DNA of 64,000 bases, from contig CM069138.1 of the NCBI GenBank assembly GCA_035221665.1, positions 70,246,001-70,310,000 of the forward strand, given 5' to 3'. The translations under genes and the position numbers were made by a program. The DNA is from Okamejei kenojei (lineage: Eukaryota). The notes below the pieces were generated by a model. That model was not told the origin of the DNA. It did no database searches and worked only from the letters and a program-made list of their open reading frames with translations. This document shows positions 24,111 through 38,312 of the stretch, in pieces; position 1 is the first letter of the stretch, and every line of letters starts with the position of its first letter.

Positions 24111-26345
24111 CTTAAACCTTTGATTCACATTATAGTGATGAACCTTACATTGAACATTCAGAATTTTTCATGAAGTTGGAAACAAATTAGGGGAGATAAA
24201 CAATGTTGCTAATTGTAATAAAGTACTTCCCATCGAAACACATGTAGTGTATAATGTCAGGCAGAATTTAACCGCCCAAGTACTGGCACTGATACTGAGG
24301 CAAATGCCTTTTACATGATCAACTACAATACCTTCTAACAGGGTGTCCGATGAGACTAGGTGATCAGGGAAATCATAAGCCAAATCAGATGAATGATGAT
24401 TACTTAAACTCAAGTGAAGCACATTTGTTAATATATAGAGCATACTCAATGGGAGATGATGAAATATGGGCCGTATTACATGTCTGTGGAATGCCAAATA
24501 ATTCAGCCACACCAAAGCGGGCATGCACTGAAAATATATTCTTTAGCCAATGTTAGCAAAGAAACAGAAAAATACATTGTTTTAATATGGATTTTTTTAT
24601 TCGCCTAATATCCTCCTCTGTCAAATTAAATCTTCCAGCTGGCTTTAACCTCAGGCCAGGTTTCTGACGATACCTTTCTATAACTGGGCTGAGAGTGACA
24701 AAGGTAGATTTGCTCTCCAGGTCTGATGCTGTTTATCTCTCAGTATGGGGGCATATGCCTATCACCTCTCTGCTCCAGCCTGCCTGAGATGAAGAATTCA
24801 CAGTATGTAGAATTTGTGTTCGCTCTCTGCATCCTATTCCTCCATGGAATGCTGTATTGTGCCAACACTATGTCCGTGCCACCAATAAAATTGTCACCGA
24901 AGCTACATTTGTATTAATAATGAGCTCAGGCAAAAATATTTGCACTAAAATAGAGCGAATAACTTTCACTCCTGTATCCTTTTGTTCTATTCATTGTCTT
25001 GCCACTATCTTTCTCTCTTTCATTTTTTAATGGGTGTCCATTTAAAATTTCTAATCAGTGACGGGGTGACTAATGCTCACTTCAGAATGTGTAAGATTAT
25101 CAAGAAACCAATTTGAATTTTAAATTAAAAAAATTAAAAAAGCAGGATGGCAATGGTAATGATAATCTTGAAGGTCACTGCATGTTGCCATTCTGGGCTA
25201 ATAGGAAGTCAAACAGCAGCTTAAAAGGAAACTCGGTGTATTTGAAGAATATCTGGAAATTAAGTTTACCTCTGGTTCTGTGGTATACGCTGTGATTAGC
25301 GATTTTAGTGTCTTTGTTTTGTCTGGTTGCTTTTGAAGCCTTTTACCCAAAAGACAGAGATTGAATTTTTAGGTAAAATCGTTATAAATAGCAGAGCTTC
25401 CTCTATTTTCACTTACCTAATAGATCAGATGTAAAAATAAAAGGGAAAGAGAAGATGCCAGGCAGGTCAGACTGTGTTGTTGCAGACTGAGCAATGAAAC
25501 AGCATGCCTTAGTAGAAGCACACCTTGAAATCCCAGAGGAAAATTAACTTTGTGGCCTGCTCTTCACTTAGAGTCAGTGACAGAGTTATGCTGTCTTCTG
25601 GACTCTGACCTTCAGTCAAGTTAGTGTGACTAGTGCCAAGTTGAGACTGATCTTTTCCACCTCAGGCTCACTTCAAGCTGGTAAAGGGGTCAGGAGAAAA
25701 ATCAGTCACTCTGCAGGTCAGAGACGTATCAAGTGCATGGTTCACACATGAGTAACAGCCAGAAAGCAAGACCAACACCAACTGACAATTAAATTGTCTT
25801 AATTTAGCCAAAGGGAATCAGTGTGGAGCAGGTGGTGAGAGAAAATTTAGGGGAAGTGGTTGTCATTAGAAAAGAAAAAAATGGATTATTGTGGAAATTA
25901 TTATTCCTCGATCCCAGTGCAAGCCAAATAGAGGTGGACTTCCCTTTTTCCACTCATAGTGGTTGAGGCATTAGCCTGACTTTGTGAAGGATAATTTAAT
26001 TCCATAAAATAAAAGTGCTGGAATTACTGAGCAGGTCAGGCAGCAAATGAGGAAAGAGAAACAGAGTTAACCATGTTCTCATGAGAGTTCATTGACCTGA
26101 AATGATAATTCTATATTTATCTTTCCTCAGATGGTGCCTCACCTACTAATCATTTACGAGAGTGCCGTTTTTTATTTTAGATTCCCAGCATCTGTGCTAT
26201 TTTATTTCTTGACTTACGCCAACCTTGTTGTTCTAAAATTTGTATTGCATGGCTCAATTTTTATGAGTGCTGTGCATTGCATATTTATTGCATCCAAAAA
26301 AAAAATCACTGTTTTGTTTCTAAGACTGAGTGGTCCAGGACGTGT

Positions 26346-27019
26346 GAAAGTAAGCATGCAGCCGTGCAGGTACAGCAGGCAGTGAAGAAAGCTAATGGCA
26401 TGTTGGCCTTCATAGCGAGAGGATTTGAGTATAAGAGCAAGGAGGTCCTACAGCAGTTGTACAGAGCCCTGGTGAGACCACACCTGGAGTTTTGTGTGTA
26501 GTTTTGGTCTCCTAGTGTGAAGAAGGACATTATTGCTATTGAGGGAGTGCGGCGTAGGTTCACCAGGTTAATTCCTGGGATGGTGGAACTGACATATGAT
26601 GAAAGACTGGATCGAATGGGCTTATATTCACTGGAATTTAGAAGGATGAAATGGGAGCTTATAGAAACATATAAAATTCTCAAGGGATTGGACAGGCAAG
26701 ATGCAGGAAAAATCTGCCCCATGTTGGGTGAGTCCAGAAACAGGGGTCACTGTTTAAGAATAAGGGGTAGGCCATTTAGGACTGAGATGAGGAAAAACCT
26801 TTTCACCCAGACAGTTGTGAATCTGTGGGATTCTCTGCCACAGAAGGCAGTGGAGGCCAATTCAATGGATGTATTCAAGAGGGGGTTGGATGTGGGAAGA
26901 AAGCAGGAACTGGATCCTGATTTTGGATGATCAGGCTTGATCATATTGAATGGAAGTGCTGGCTCGAAGGGCCAAATGGCCTACTCCTACACTATTTTCT
27001 ATGTTTCTATGTTTCTATG
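26346..27019 (+). mobile_element. CR1/HER1 LINE, 5'-truncated
   Basis: ORFs 26277..26501 and 26517..26930; (tttctatg)n tail. Confidence 0.9.
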
Positions 27020-27142
27020 GAATCAATCAATGGTGTACGATGCACAATTGAAGATTATTTCCAGTAAATCTTACTGTACTAATGTGGCTGAAAGATAGTT
27101 TAGGGTCCAGGCAGATGAGTCTAATAATGGAAACCAATTAAA

Positions 27143-27350
27143 AATGTGTAGGAAGGAACTGCAGATGCTGGTTTACATGAAAGATGGACACAAAATGCTG
27201 GAGTAACTGAGTGGGACAAGTAAGGTGGCATCTCTGGAGAAAAGGAATATGTGATTTTTTTTGGGGCAAGACCCTTCTTCAGACTGAGATTCAGGGGAGA
27301 GGGAAACTAGAGGTAAGAAAAGGTACAGAACAAATCAGAGCCGGCACCGC
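27143..27350 (-). mobile_element. Penelope-type 3' end
   Basis: gtgtaggaaggaactgcagatgctgg...cacaaaatgctggagtaact...acccttcttcagact. Confidence 0.7.
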
Positions 27351-27494
27351 CAACAATGATTGCGTGGGATTATTGTCTAGCTGAGCAGACCATCGCTCCT
27401 CTCAGAATACTCAGCATAAACGTTAGTCTCAAACAACTTACATGGCTGTCAGTAACACTCCGTAGAGCCAGCGGCAGATGGACAAGTCAAATTT

Positions 27495-27760
27495 GAGAAG
27501 TCACAGTGTGGAAACAGGCCCTTTGGTCCAACTTGCCCACACCGGCGAACATGTCCAGCTACACTAGTCGCACCTGCCAGCAATTGGTCCATATCCCGCC
27601 AAACCTGACCGACACATTTACCTGTCCAACTGCTTCGTAAATGTTGGGATAGTCCCTGCCACAACTACCTCCTCTGGCAGCTTGTTCCAAACATTCACCA
27701 CCCTTTGTGTGAAAATGTTACCCCTCAGATTCCTATTAAATCTTTTCCACATACCTTTTA
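27495..27760 (-). mobile_element. CR1/HER1 3' end
   Basis: ggaaacaggccctttggtcc...ctctggcagcttgttcc...tgtgtgaaaatgttacccctcag. Confidence 0.7.
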
Positions 27761-29557
27761 ACAAATATTGGACCCAATTAGATAATCGAAAACCCTCATA
27801 CCTTTTCAGTTGTGGCCATTTGATGTCTATGGTGGAGCCACTGCAGGTGTGAAGGTGGAATTAATGACCGTTGCCCAACGCATTAGATGCAATGGAACTG
27901 CAAATGTTGGACTCTTATATAGAACAGGAGTAACTCAGCGGGTCAGGCAGCGTCCCTAGATGACATGAATAGTCAGCGTTTTCGGTCAGGACTCTTCTTC
28001 GCACTGATTGTAGTAGAGGGTAGGCCAATGCATGCCCTCCAGATATGCTACCTGACCTGCTGAGTTAGTGCAGCACTCTATATTAGACATGCAGATGCCC
28101 CTAGTACTTTGACAATTTTAAAGTTGTCACCTTCCATTGATTTTTTTAGGCCAATATTTTAATAGCTTGGTTGCAGCCAAACACAGGAGAAAATAAATAG
28201 TAATTGATTTACAGAAAATAGAGTAGCATTTAAAGCAAGGAACTATCTTTAGCTGTGTTTGTGTGCAGAGCACTTCCCATTCAATCAGTCCTCTGGAGTC
28301 ATAGAGAAGCCACATCACTTAATTTTAGCAGCTTTCACTTTTAGTTTGTGGGAAGAAAAGATCTGAATGGAGACAAGCAGGAGTTACAGCAAGAGGGATA
28401 TTTTTACATCACTCTCAGCACTTTATCAAACAAAGCATCCACATGGGGAATGGGAAACGATAGATTATAAAACCAGACTTCCTCTGATGCCAGTAAATGG
28501 GTATTTAATCTTCCTATTGCAGGCATTCACTCTCTGGAGCCTGAAATGAATATACTTCAGGGGACATCAGCTGAGCTGTTGTGCTTCCCGACCAAAAATA
28601 CCATCAGATTTTATTTCGGGTGTGGTCTAAAGATATCAGTATTCGGCTGTTCCCCGAGGGCCTCAGGAGTCTGTGCTCTTTCGAGGTGGAAATGCTCTGG
28701 AGAGATTTCTGCTAATTGCACAATTGCGTTGGTCTTCATCTGTCATCTGACACCAACCTGGAGAGGCAAGATTTAGAAAGCTGGCTTTCAGGTTTGCCAA
28801 AGAGATCTTAAAAGAGAAAATAACAGCATCCATTTTTATAAGCTGGCTGGAAAGTACCTTGGTCAACTTGCTAGAGAAGTAATATCTAGAATTAGATGCA
28901 AGGAGCCGCCACTTAGACAGGCTTATACTGGAGCTCAGGGACTAAAAAAAAAATCCCCAGGGCAGTACTAACAGAAGAAAATTCAGGAAGGTATTAAGGT
29001 CAGAAGGTCATAAGGAATTGGAGTAGAATTAGGCCATTCGGCCCATCAAGTCTACTCCACCATTCACTCATGGCTGATCTATCTCTCCCTCCTAACCCCA
29101 TTCTCCTGCCTTGTCTCCATAACCTCTGACCCCCTTACTAATCAAGAAACACCCATACTAATCAAGATGCTTTGATTTTCAATTTTATTGAAAAATATTG
29201 GAAGTGGCCAAATCAGACAGGTTGCTTGGCAGTCTAAAATCACAAGGGGAATGAGCAATCTTTCCAGTTGGTGTTGGGAGAGGGTGGATGGGTGATGGAT
29301 GGTGGGAGCATGGGGACAGGGCACCTTTGCGGCTGGAGATCACTTCATGAAACCTGTAGGAAAGTGCTGGCTCTTTAAAAGAATTGCCGGTTTTATCCCA
29401 CACCTCGGCAACATATCATAACCCTGTAAATCTACCCCATAATCGTCATCACGTGCGCGTCTCCATTTAGCGGCTTGGAATAGTTCCTGTGGAAATAAGA
29501 CTGACGCCACTCTTTCTGCAGTGTCTTTTGCATTTAACAACCCCACATGTTGAAATC

Positions 29558-29655
29558 AGTCTGAAGATGGGTCTCGACCCGAAAAGTCATCCCTTCCTTC
29601 TCTCCAGAGATGCTGCCTGTCCCGCTGAGTTACTCCAGCATTTTGTGTCTACCTA
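29558..29655 (+). mobile_element. Penelope-type 3' terminal repeat with a hammerhead-like core
   Basis: agtctgaagatgggtctcgacccgaaaagtc...gagttactccagcattttgtgtct. Confidence 0.75.
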
Positions 29656-31329
29656 TATGATGAAATCTCTCCTCCTTAACACTCTAATAGCTTTGGCAAT
29701 TTTGAATTCTCAGACCTCTGGTTTCCGCTCCACCTGCAAAAGGAAACGGTTTCCTTAGCTTCTTCCATTCTGAGGGGTTCAGTCGCAACTTCTCCTCTCT
29801 CTCATCATAGGTCTTGCCTTGACACTATCAAAGAGTTGTGTATATCGCACCTTGATTCCATAGTCCTCACAGACTCTCAGAACAGGACTATTTATATTGC
29901 ACTAACTCTTCATGTTGTTTCTCCCAAGTAATGCATGCCACTTATCTGTATGAGACTGCATCCGTCATGTGCCCACTAATTTCAGCAGTCTGCCTTCTCT
30001 AACCGATAGCCTTCTAATATTAAGGCCGTTACAATTCTGTGGAGTTTTATATTGATGGCAAATATCAGTATAGCCCTTTTTCATCTATACCCAGGTTATT
30101 CCCAAATTAGAGTTCCCCTGCTGGTCTCTGGGACCTAGTCAAGTCCATGGCACCATTCACAGCTTGACATCCATTGTGCTGCCATTGTGGGTAGCAGCTC
30201 ACCACAGTGGGACAACATTACCATCCTGGAGAATCTGATGGACTCGTCAGATGAGCCTTGGTTAGAACCCTAATCTGCCACAGGTATTTTAATAAAATAA
30301 TTGTGTCTCAGAGCTAATGAGAATGGTGCAACACCTTTGTGTAGAGTGCTCACTGGGCCCTTGGTGCTTTACAGTCCTGCTTTATGGTGGTGGGATGGGG
30401 GTATGAGCCTCTGGGGTACCTCTGGCCGTCAGGTGCTCCCCTTTCTGCACTGTTGACTAAAATGTGCACAACGACTTTGGTTGGGTAGCAGTGGGATTGG
30501 TAGGGGAAGCTGTCTGTATGAATTTGTTGCCAAACTGGGATCAGACTTTTTTTCCCCAGTGGGGAAGAGATGTGGGCACAGACCCACATTGGCCTTGTAA
30601 CAATGTGCAAAAGGTTGGTGATGAGCTAGGATACAACAGGGCTCGAGGAATTTTACACTTGGCATAAATACCAGCATCGAACCATTGGCGTGAATGGCCT
30701 GTTTGTAAATTGAAGAATGAGGTTGAGAGGGAAAGATAGATCAGTCATGATTGAATGGCAGTGTAGACTCGATGAGCTGAATGGCCTATTTCTGCTCGTA
30801 TGACATGACCTTATTAACTATCATTCAATTAATTTAGTTAGAACTCAATTATACACTTCACTCCAGTGACAAAAAAATATGTTCACCGCCAACACTTGCC
30901 TTTCTTCAACCGCTTCATACTGCCTGCTGCATTCTCTTTAAACAATGTACTTCTAAAGCCCTGTTATACACTATTTTACCAAATGCCTTTTGAAAGTCCT
31001 ACCACTGCCTTCATCAACCCTGTCCATTACTGCATCAAGAGTCCATCATTGCAGTCTGATGTAATTTTGTTTTAACAGATGTGTTGGCTGCCCTTTATTA
31101 GCCTCTGCTTTTCCAAGTGTAAATTAAGTTTGTCTGTGACAAATGTATCTGTTAGTGTGTCCATCACTAACTTAAAGTGAGATATCTGCAGCTATTAGGA
31201 TTCCTTCTCCCCTCTTTGAACAGAGTTGTACCATCTGCAGTTCTCCATCCTTACTTCCCACGCCAAGCCAGAATCCATCCTGTGTAGACCAGGTGACCAA
31301 TTGACTAATAGAGCTGTTCGCACACAGCT

Positions 31330-31770
31330 CGTGTCCAGGGTTTAACCCTGACCTCGGATGCTGCCTGTGTGGAGCTTACATGTTCTCCCTCTGACTGTAT
31401 GTATTTCCCTGTGTGCTGTCCTTTCTATCCACATCTCAAAAGGTGTGTGGGATAGGAGATTAATAGGCCATTGTTAATTGCTCTTTGTGTGGAGGTGAAT
31501 GATTAAATCTGGGGGTAGTTGGGAATGCAGGGAGAAGAGGGCAGCACAGAGATGCAGCTGGTGGAATGACTGCCTCACAGAGCCAGAGACCTGGGTTTGA
31601 TACAGACCTCGGCTGTTGTCAGTGTGGAGTCTGTGTTCTCTCAGTGACTGCGTGGGTTGCCAGTGGATGCTCTAGCTTCCGCCCTCATCCCAAAGACATG
31701 TCCATCTGCAGGTTAAATGACCTCTGTTAAAAACAAAATCACCCCAATTATGTGGGGAGTGGATGAGACA
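31330..31770 (+). mobile_element. Two adjacent HE1-like SINE fragments
   Basis: Two occurrences of the cctcgg.tgt.gt.tgtggag...ttctc..c..tgact core, at about 31352 and 31607. Confidence 0.65.
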
Positions 31771-31787
31771 CAATGCTAGACATAAAA

Positions 31788-31964
31788 AGACACAAAGTGC
31801 TGGAGTAACTCAGCAGATCAGGCAGCATCTGTGGGAAACACAGAAAGGTAACATTTGGGTTGGAACCCTTCGGGTCGGGGGGGGGGGGGGGGGGGGGTCC
31901 CACCTATCTTTGTTCTCCAGAGAGGCTGCCTGACCTGCTTGAAATACTCCAGCACTTTGTGTCT
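31788..31964. repeat. Palindrome made of two inverted Penelope-type termini with a central G run
   Basis: agacacaaagtgctggagta ... tactccagcactttgtgtct. Confidence 0.75.
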
Positions 31965-32724
31965 TTTTTTATCAGCAGATATGGTCAGTTCCCTTATACG
32001 CCAAATGGTTTGAGAAGGCTTTCTTTCAGCAACAGTCCATGCACTCGTCAGAGAAAAAATCACCAGGGAAACCAGGAAAAACTGGCCCCTCGTTCTCATT
32101 GCTCAGGCAAACAATATTTGCAAACGGAATGGCAATCAAAAAAATTTGGTTGCTCACAAAAAAAGTCCTGTTCTTTATGCTGCACACCATTCCACCCTGA
32201 GCAAGTCAGTTCTGTGGTCCTTACTCTGACAATCATTTCCCTTTATTCCCCCAAGTACCAAACTTACTAAAATCATTTAAACTCATTTTCATTTTCCATC
32301 CTTCTTGAGAGGACATCAACCTTTTTGTCCAATGTTTATTTTTGGGATTTTGCCATCGCCAACGAGGCCAGAATTTATTGCCTTATCCCTAATTTCCCTT
32401 GAGATGGTGCTGATGAATCACTTTCTTGAAGTAGAGTTCACCACTTCCCGTGAAGGTTATCCCACAGTGTTTAGACCCAGTAATGCTGTGGTGTGCACTT
32501 TGGAGGGAACCTTCAGGTGGTGGCGCTCCCATGCACACACTGCCCTGGTCTTTCTTGGGAATAGCCGTGGCTTCGGGAGATACTGTCAGGAGTCATGATT
32601 CAAGACTGTTTTATTGTCACATCTCAAAACAGAACAATGAAATTCTTACTTGCAGCAGCACAACAGGTATGTAAACATAGTACTCTGTAAAACACGTCAT
32701 AAACAACAAAGAAAGGTTAGCATA

Positions 32725-33342
32725 TAAGTTCATAAGTGATAGGAGCAGAATTAGGCCATTCAGCCCATCGTCAACTCCGTGATTCAATCATGGCTGATCT
32801 TCCTCCTAACCTCATTCTCCTGCCTTCTCCCCATAACCCCGGATACCCGTACTAATCAAGAATCTCTCTATTTCTACCTTAAAAATATCAATTGACTTGA
32901 CCTCCACAACATTCTGTGTCAGTGAAATCCAAAGATTCACCACCTTCTGATTAAAGAAATTCCTCCTCATCTCCTTCCTAAAGGAACATTCCTTTCATTC
33001 TGAGGCTATGACATCTAGTCGTAGACTCTCCCACTAGTGGAAACATCCTCTCCACATCCAGTCTATCCAGACCTCTCACTATTTGGTAAGTTTCAATCAT
33101 CCTTCTACACTCCAGCAAGTAGAGGCCCAGTACCGTCAAACGCTCTTCATATGTTAACCCACTCATTCCTGGGATAATTCTCGGAAACCTCCTCTGGACC
33201 CTCTCCAGTGCCAACACATCCTTCCTCAGATATGGGGCCCAAAACTGCTCACAATATTCCTAATACGGTCTGACCAGCGCCTTGTAGAGCCTCAGCATTA
33301 CATCCCTGTTTTTGAATTCTAGTCCTCTTGAAATAAATGTTA
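32725..33342 (-). mobile_element. CR1/HER1 LINE, 5'-truncated
   Basis: ORF 32978..33217 LERVQRRF.RIIPGM.GLTYEERL. Confidence 0.85.
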
Positions 33343-33837
33343 GGGAGTATAACAAACAGACATATAAATAAACAATAATAGTGAAAGTCAAAAAAATGCC
33401 CCTATTCTATATAGTTCAGTGCCTACTTGGAGGTACTATTTGGAGTACCTTGAATGGGCAATTGCAATGCACTTTGGAGATAATGCACATCGGATTCCCA
33501 ATGCAACGACTTGTCCCACCTCAGTCAGGCAGAACACTTGTCCTACTCCCCACTCCCATCAGGCAGCAGGTACAGAAGCTTGAAAACGTGCACTACCAAA
33601 CTCAGGAACAGCTTCTTCCCCTCTGTTATCATGCTTCTTGAATGGTCCTTATGAATTTAACTACGGAACTGATGTGTCACAACGGCGAGAACAATATTCT
33701 GCACTCTGTATCTTCCTCTTTTCTCTACCTATTGCACTTGAGTTTGACATGATTGTATTTATGTATTGTATTATCTGATGTTATTGGATAGCATGCAAAA
33801 CAAAGCTTTTCAAGGTATCTTGGTACACGCGGGAATA

Positions 33838-35330
33838 ATAAGTAAGTAAGTAAGTTTATTGGCCAAGTATTCACATACAAGGAATTTGTCTTGGTGCTCC
33901 GCCCACAAGTAACATGACATACAGTGACTCAGAAAATACTAAACATTAATAATAAGAAAACATTAATGATAAAAAAACATTGATCAAGCATGTGAACCAA
34001 CAAAATACCCGATCAAAGGGAGGCTACAGATTTTTGGCTGTTGTGTAGAGCAACAACTCGTGGATAAAAACGGTTTTTATGTCTGGCTGTGGCAGCTTTG
34101 ACAGTCCGGAGTCGCCTTCCAGAGGGAAGTGATTCAAAGAGTTTGTGGCCAGGGTGAGAGGGGTCAGAGATGATCTTGCCCACTTGCTTCCTGGCCCTTG
34201 CAGTGTACAGTTCATCAATGGAAGGAAGGTTGCAGCCAATAACCTTCTCTGCTGATCAGACGATTCGCTGCAGCCTCCAGGTGTCGTGTTTGATGGCTGA
34301 GCCAAACCAGACCATGATGGAGAAGGTGAGACAGACTCAACGATGGCTGTGTAAAATTGGACCATCATTGCCTGTGGGAGATTGTGATTCCTCAGCTGCC
34401 GTCGGAAGTACATCCTCTGTTGTGCCTTTTTGACTGTGGAGTCGCTGGTAGCCCCCCACTTAAGGTCCTTGGAGATTATGGTTCCCAGGAACTTAAAAGA
34501 CTCCACAGATGTGACTGTGGTGTTGTTGATGGTGAGTGGGGTGAGGGGAGGGGGAGCTCTCCTAAAGTCTACAATCAATTCCACTGTCTTAAGCGCATTG
34601 AGCTCCAGGTTGTTGCGATGGCACCAGGACGCCAGCTGTGACACTTCCTGTCTGTAGGCAGATTCCTCCCCATCCTGGATCAGTCCAATCAGGGTTGTGT
34701 CATTCGCAAACTTGAGAAGCTTGACAGAGGTGTCTGTGGAGGTGCAGTCGTTGGTATAGAGAGAGTAGAGGAGAGGAGATAGTACGCAGCCTTGCGGGGC
34801 TCCTATGCTGAGGGTCTGCTGGTCCAAGATGTGCTTTCCCAGCCTCACATGCTGCCTCCTGTCTGTCAGGAAGCTGGTGATCCGCCGACAGAGGGGTTCA
34901 GGCACAGTCAACTCGGAAAGTTTGGAGTGTAGTATCTCTGGCACAATGGTGTTGAATGCAGAGCTAAAATCAACAAACAGGATCCTCGCATAGGTCCCCT
35001 GGCTGTCTAGGTGCTGAAGGATGAAGTGCAGGCCCAGGTTGACTGCATCATCCACAGATCTATTGGCCCGATTTGCAAACTGCAGAGCGTCCAGCAGGGG
35101 GATCGTGATATTTTTCCGCTTGGCCAGCACAAGCCTTTCGAGTGTCTTCATGACTACAGAGGTCAGTGCGACAGGCCTGTAGTCATCAAGCCCAGTAATC
35201 CTTGCCTTTTTGGGTACAGGGACAATAGTGGAGACTTTGAAGCAAGCAGGGACAGAACATGTTTGCAGGGACTGGTTGAAAATGTCTGTATAGATCGGTG
35301 CCAGCTGTTTGGCACAGAGCTGGCACATAA
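33838..35330 (-). mobile_element. Rex1/Babar-like LINE, 5'-truncated
   Basis: RT ORF plus 3' UTR ending aataa(actt)n on the minus strand. Confidence 0.92.
34024..35328 (-). pseudogene. Rex1-type reverse transcriptase fragment (catalytic motif reads FAND, C-terminus frameshifted)
   Basis: [71 protein letters not shown]. Confidence 0.9.
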
Positions 35331-35349
35331 ACTTAAACCTAACATTTGT

Positions 35350-35646
35350 TACACGGTGGTGCAGCGGTAGAGTTGCTGCCTTACAGCGCTTACAACCCGG
35401 GTTCGATCTGGACTACGGGTGCTGTCTGTAAAGAATTTCTACGTTCACCCCATGACTGCGTGGGTTTTCTCCGAGATCTTTGGTTTCCTCCCACACTCCA
35501 AAGATGTACAGGTTTGTAGGTTAATTGGCTTGGTGTACGTATCAAGTGTGTGTAGGATAGTGTTAATGTGTGGGGATCACTGGTTGGCGCGGACTTGGTG
35601 GACCGAAGGGCCTGTTTCCGCGCTGTATCTCTACATTAAACTAAAA
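35350..35646 (+). mobile_element. HE1-like tRNA-derived SINE, near full length
   Basis: A box ggtggtgcagcggtagag, B box ggttcgatc, core ggtttcctcccacactccaaaga, CR1-like tail gaagggcctgtttccgcgctgtatct. Confidence 0.88.
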
Positions 35647-36614
35647 ATTGGTGGTGGAATAAATGTTTCAAGAGATTGATGGAGGCCAGTCAAGTGGGCT
35701 GTTTTATCCTGAACAGTGTTGAATTTCTTTACATTTGCTGTTACTGAACTGCTCAAGGGAAGTGGAGAGCATTTCATGATATTCTTGCTATGGAGAGAGA
35801 CACACGAGACAAAAGATGATGTTATCTAGAATGTAAAACCAACTGCTGGCACATCCAAGTGAATCAGGCAGCACTTGTGGAAGCAAAGAGATAGAACCCT
35901 TTTGGGTGTGAACCCTGCAATGGGTCTGAGAGTGAGGTGCGGAGATAGACATTATAAAGGGGTGCAAGGGAGAGGTAAGGCAAAAGCTGGAAGGCAATAG
36001 GTGGTACTAGATGAAGAGGTAGATCGTTTGCTGATGATTTAGAATGGACTGTTTTGGTAATAACTAACTGGATTAATTATGTCCTGGTGCTTGCTTACTG
36101 ACCATACCTGGTGGATTTTGCGCATGGTTGGGTTGAAGCCTGCGTTGTAGGTGTCCTGGGGTGGCTTGGTTAGAGCCATAGATGGTTCAAGAATGCTTCA
36201 ACACTACAACTGGGATCTTGTTTGACTCTGCTGCCTATGGTGTTTCCAGTCCTTTCAGTCATTTCCTCATTTCACATAAAATGCACTCACTTGCCTGGTG
36301 AACCAGAGTGACTTATTTGGGATCTCATGAAGACGTTGAGATGGATTGTCTGGCTGGCACCGCTGGCTGAACATGGTTGCAATGCTTCAGCTTTTCTTTT
36401 CATGCTCAATGCGCTAGACCCTGGCATCATTAAGGACCTTACTCCTCCTGTGGGCTGCATAAATATCTGCCACCATTCCCAAATTTATTTGCAGGACTGC
36501 AAATAATGGATGTGATCCATTGGATGGAAGGTTGCTTGGCCCTGTCTATTGCATGCTGCTTTTCCTTGATCAGCATGCAAGAAATCCTGTATTGCAGTTT
36601 CACTGGGCCAGAAG

Positions 36615-36808
36615 GAATCAGTCTGGTGAACCTTCTCTGTACTCCCTCTATGGCAAGAATGTCTTTCCTCAGATTAGGAGACCAAAACTGTTCGCAATAC
36701 TCCAGGTGTGGCCTCACCAAGACCCTGTACAACTGCAGTAGAACCTCCCTGCTCTTGTACTCAAATCCTTTTGCTATGAATGCCAACATACCATTCGCTT
36801 TCTTCACA
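36615..36808 (-). mobile_element. Internal CR1 fragment
   Basis: [38 protein letters not shown]. Confidence 0.85.
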
Positions 36809-36824
36809 GCACTGAATGCACTGC

Positions 36825-37088
36825 ACATTCAATCCTGATCTCGGTGCTGCATGTGTGGAGTTTACACATTTTTCCTGTGTGACCACGTGGGTTTCCTCCA
36901 GATGCTCCAGTTTCCTCCCACATCCCAAAGATGAGCAGGTTTTGTAGGTTAATTGGCTTCTGTGAATCACCCCCTCGTTGTAGAGAATGGGATAACATGG
37001 AATTAGTGTGTTCAGGTGATCTATGGTCAGCGTGAACTTGGTGGGTTGAAGGGCTTGTTTCCATGCTATATATTTGAACTATTAAACC
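36825..37088 (+). mobile_element. HE1-like SINE fragment
   Basis: ctcggtgctgcatgtgtggagttt...tttcctcccacatcccaaaga...gaagggcttgtttccatgct. Confidence 0.75.
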
Positions 37089-37985
37089 AAGCTAAGGTGA
37101 AATAAGTGCTGAATCATCTTTCAATAAAATAAGAAGCAGTTAAGAATCATTGGCATGAACCACATGCTGACAGGATAGTGAGTGTTGTGGTGAAATGAAT
37201 GATCATGCCTTCCAATCCCTTTCCAAACAAGAGACCATATATAGATAACTGTGTTAGATTGCATAGTGTTGAAAACCTATGGCAGTGTGGAAATATTTCA
37301 GCACCCCAACAGATCTCCCATCACATCCTTCATGATGAATCAGTAATGCTTCTTTAAGGTTGGAGATAAGATGGTAATGGAGTAGAAATTGAGGGCATTC
37401 ATTGAAATAATTTGGAAAAATGAACATCTGACAAAAGATAGTGAGATAGTGTCTATCGTCGATATATACCAGCATCTGGAGTTCCTTTTTACACTTTATA
37501 TGAACCTCTGTTTGTTTTATTAGATCTATTGTGAACAGTCAGATAAAAATCATCCCCAAAATTGACAGTGGTCAGTCTGGAGTATCTTATACTTACTCAA
37601 GGAAAGACCCTTTGTTATCAGCATTCATTCTCTGTTCAAGAAGAGTAAATGTTCAACTTTTGCTGTATAGCTTCTTATGCAGTCCCTTGGGATCAAAGTT
37701 GACTTGGTTCAGCCCAGATGATTAATCACCTTATGATTCTGTGCCGGGTTTGACCCTGTTGATTTCAAAGGGGAATGTGTACCTACAGATTAAAAGCCAT
37801 AGGCAAGTTCCTTTATATAAAATAATTGTTTTAGTTTAATATTTTGAATTATTTTAAAGTGTTTTTACTTGACTTTCCTGAAACATTCTTTTTTTTAAAA
37901 AATCATTTACTTCAAAATTTCTAGTTAAATGTATCAGAATACCAGAGACATTTACAGGTTATTAATCCTTGACAGCTGGCAGAGC

Positions 37986-38312
37986 TAGATTTTAGACTTT
38001 AGAGATACAGCTCGGAAACAGGCCCTTCAACCCACAAAGTCTGCGTCGATCAGCAATCACACCATACACCAACACTATCCCGCACACTAGGGACAATTTA
38101 TAATTTTACTGACGCCAATTAGCTTACATACCTGTACACCTTGGAGTGTGGGAGGAAACCGGAGCTTGGGAGGAAACCGGAACACCCAGGGAAAACCCAT
38201 GTGGTCACATGGAGAATGTACAAGTCCGTACTGACAGCAACCATAGTCAGGATTGAATCCAGTGTCTGGCGTTGTAAGGCAGCAGGTCTACCACTGTGCC
38301 TCTGTGCCGTCC
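37986..38312 (-). mobile_element. HE1-like SINE
   Basis: tttagactttagagatacagc...gggaggaaaccgg...gcgttgtaaggcagc. Confidence 0.82.

Noticed and set aside
31876-31897. G run as a functional G-quadruplex
   Set aside because: Homopolymer inside a repeat palindrome; length unreliable and no supporting context
36439-36828. 129-aa ORF as a chimeric gene
   Set aside because: Chance read-through across a SINE edge, a CR1 fragment and an older LINE remnant
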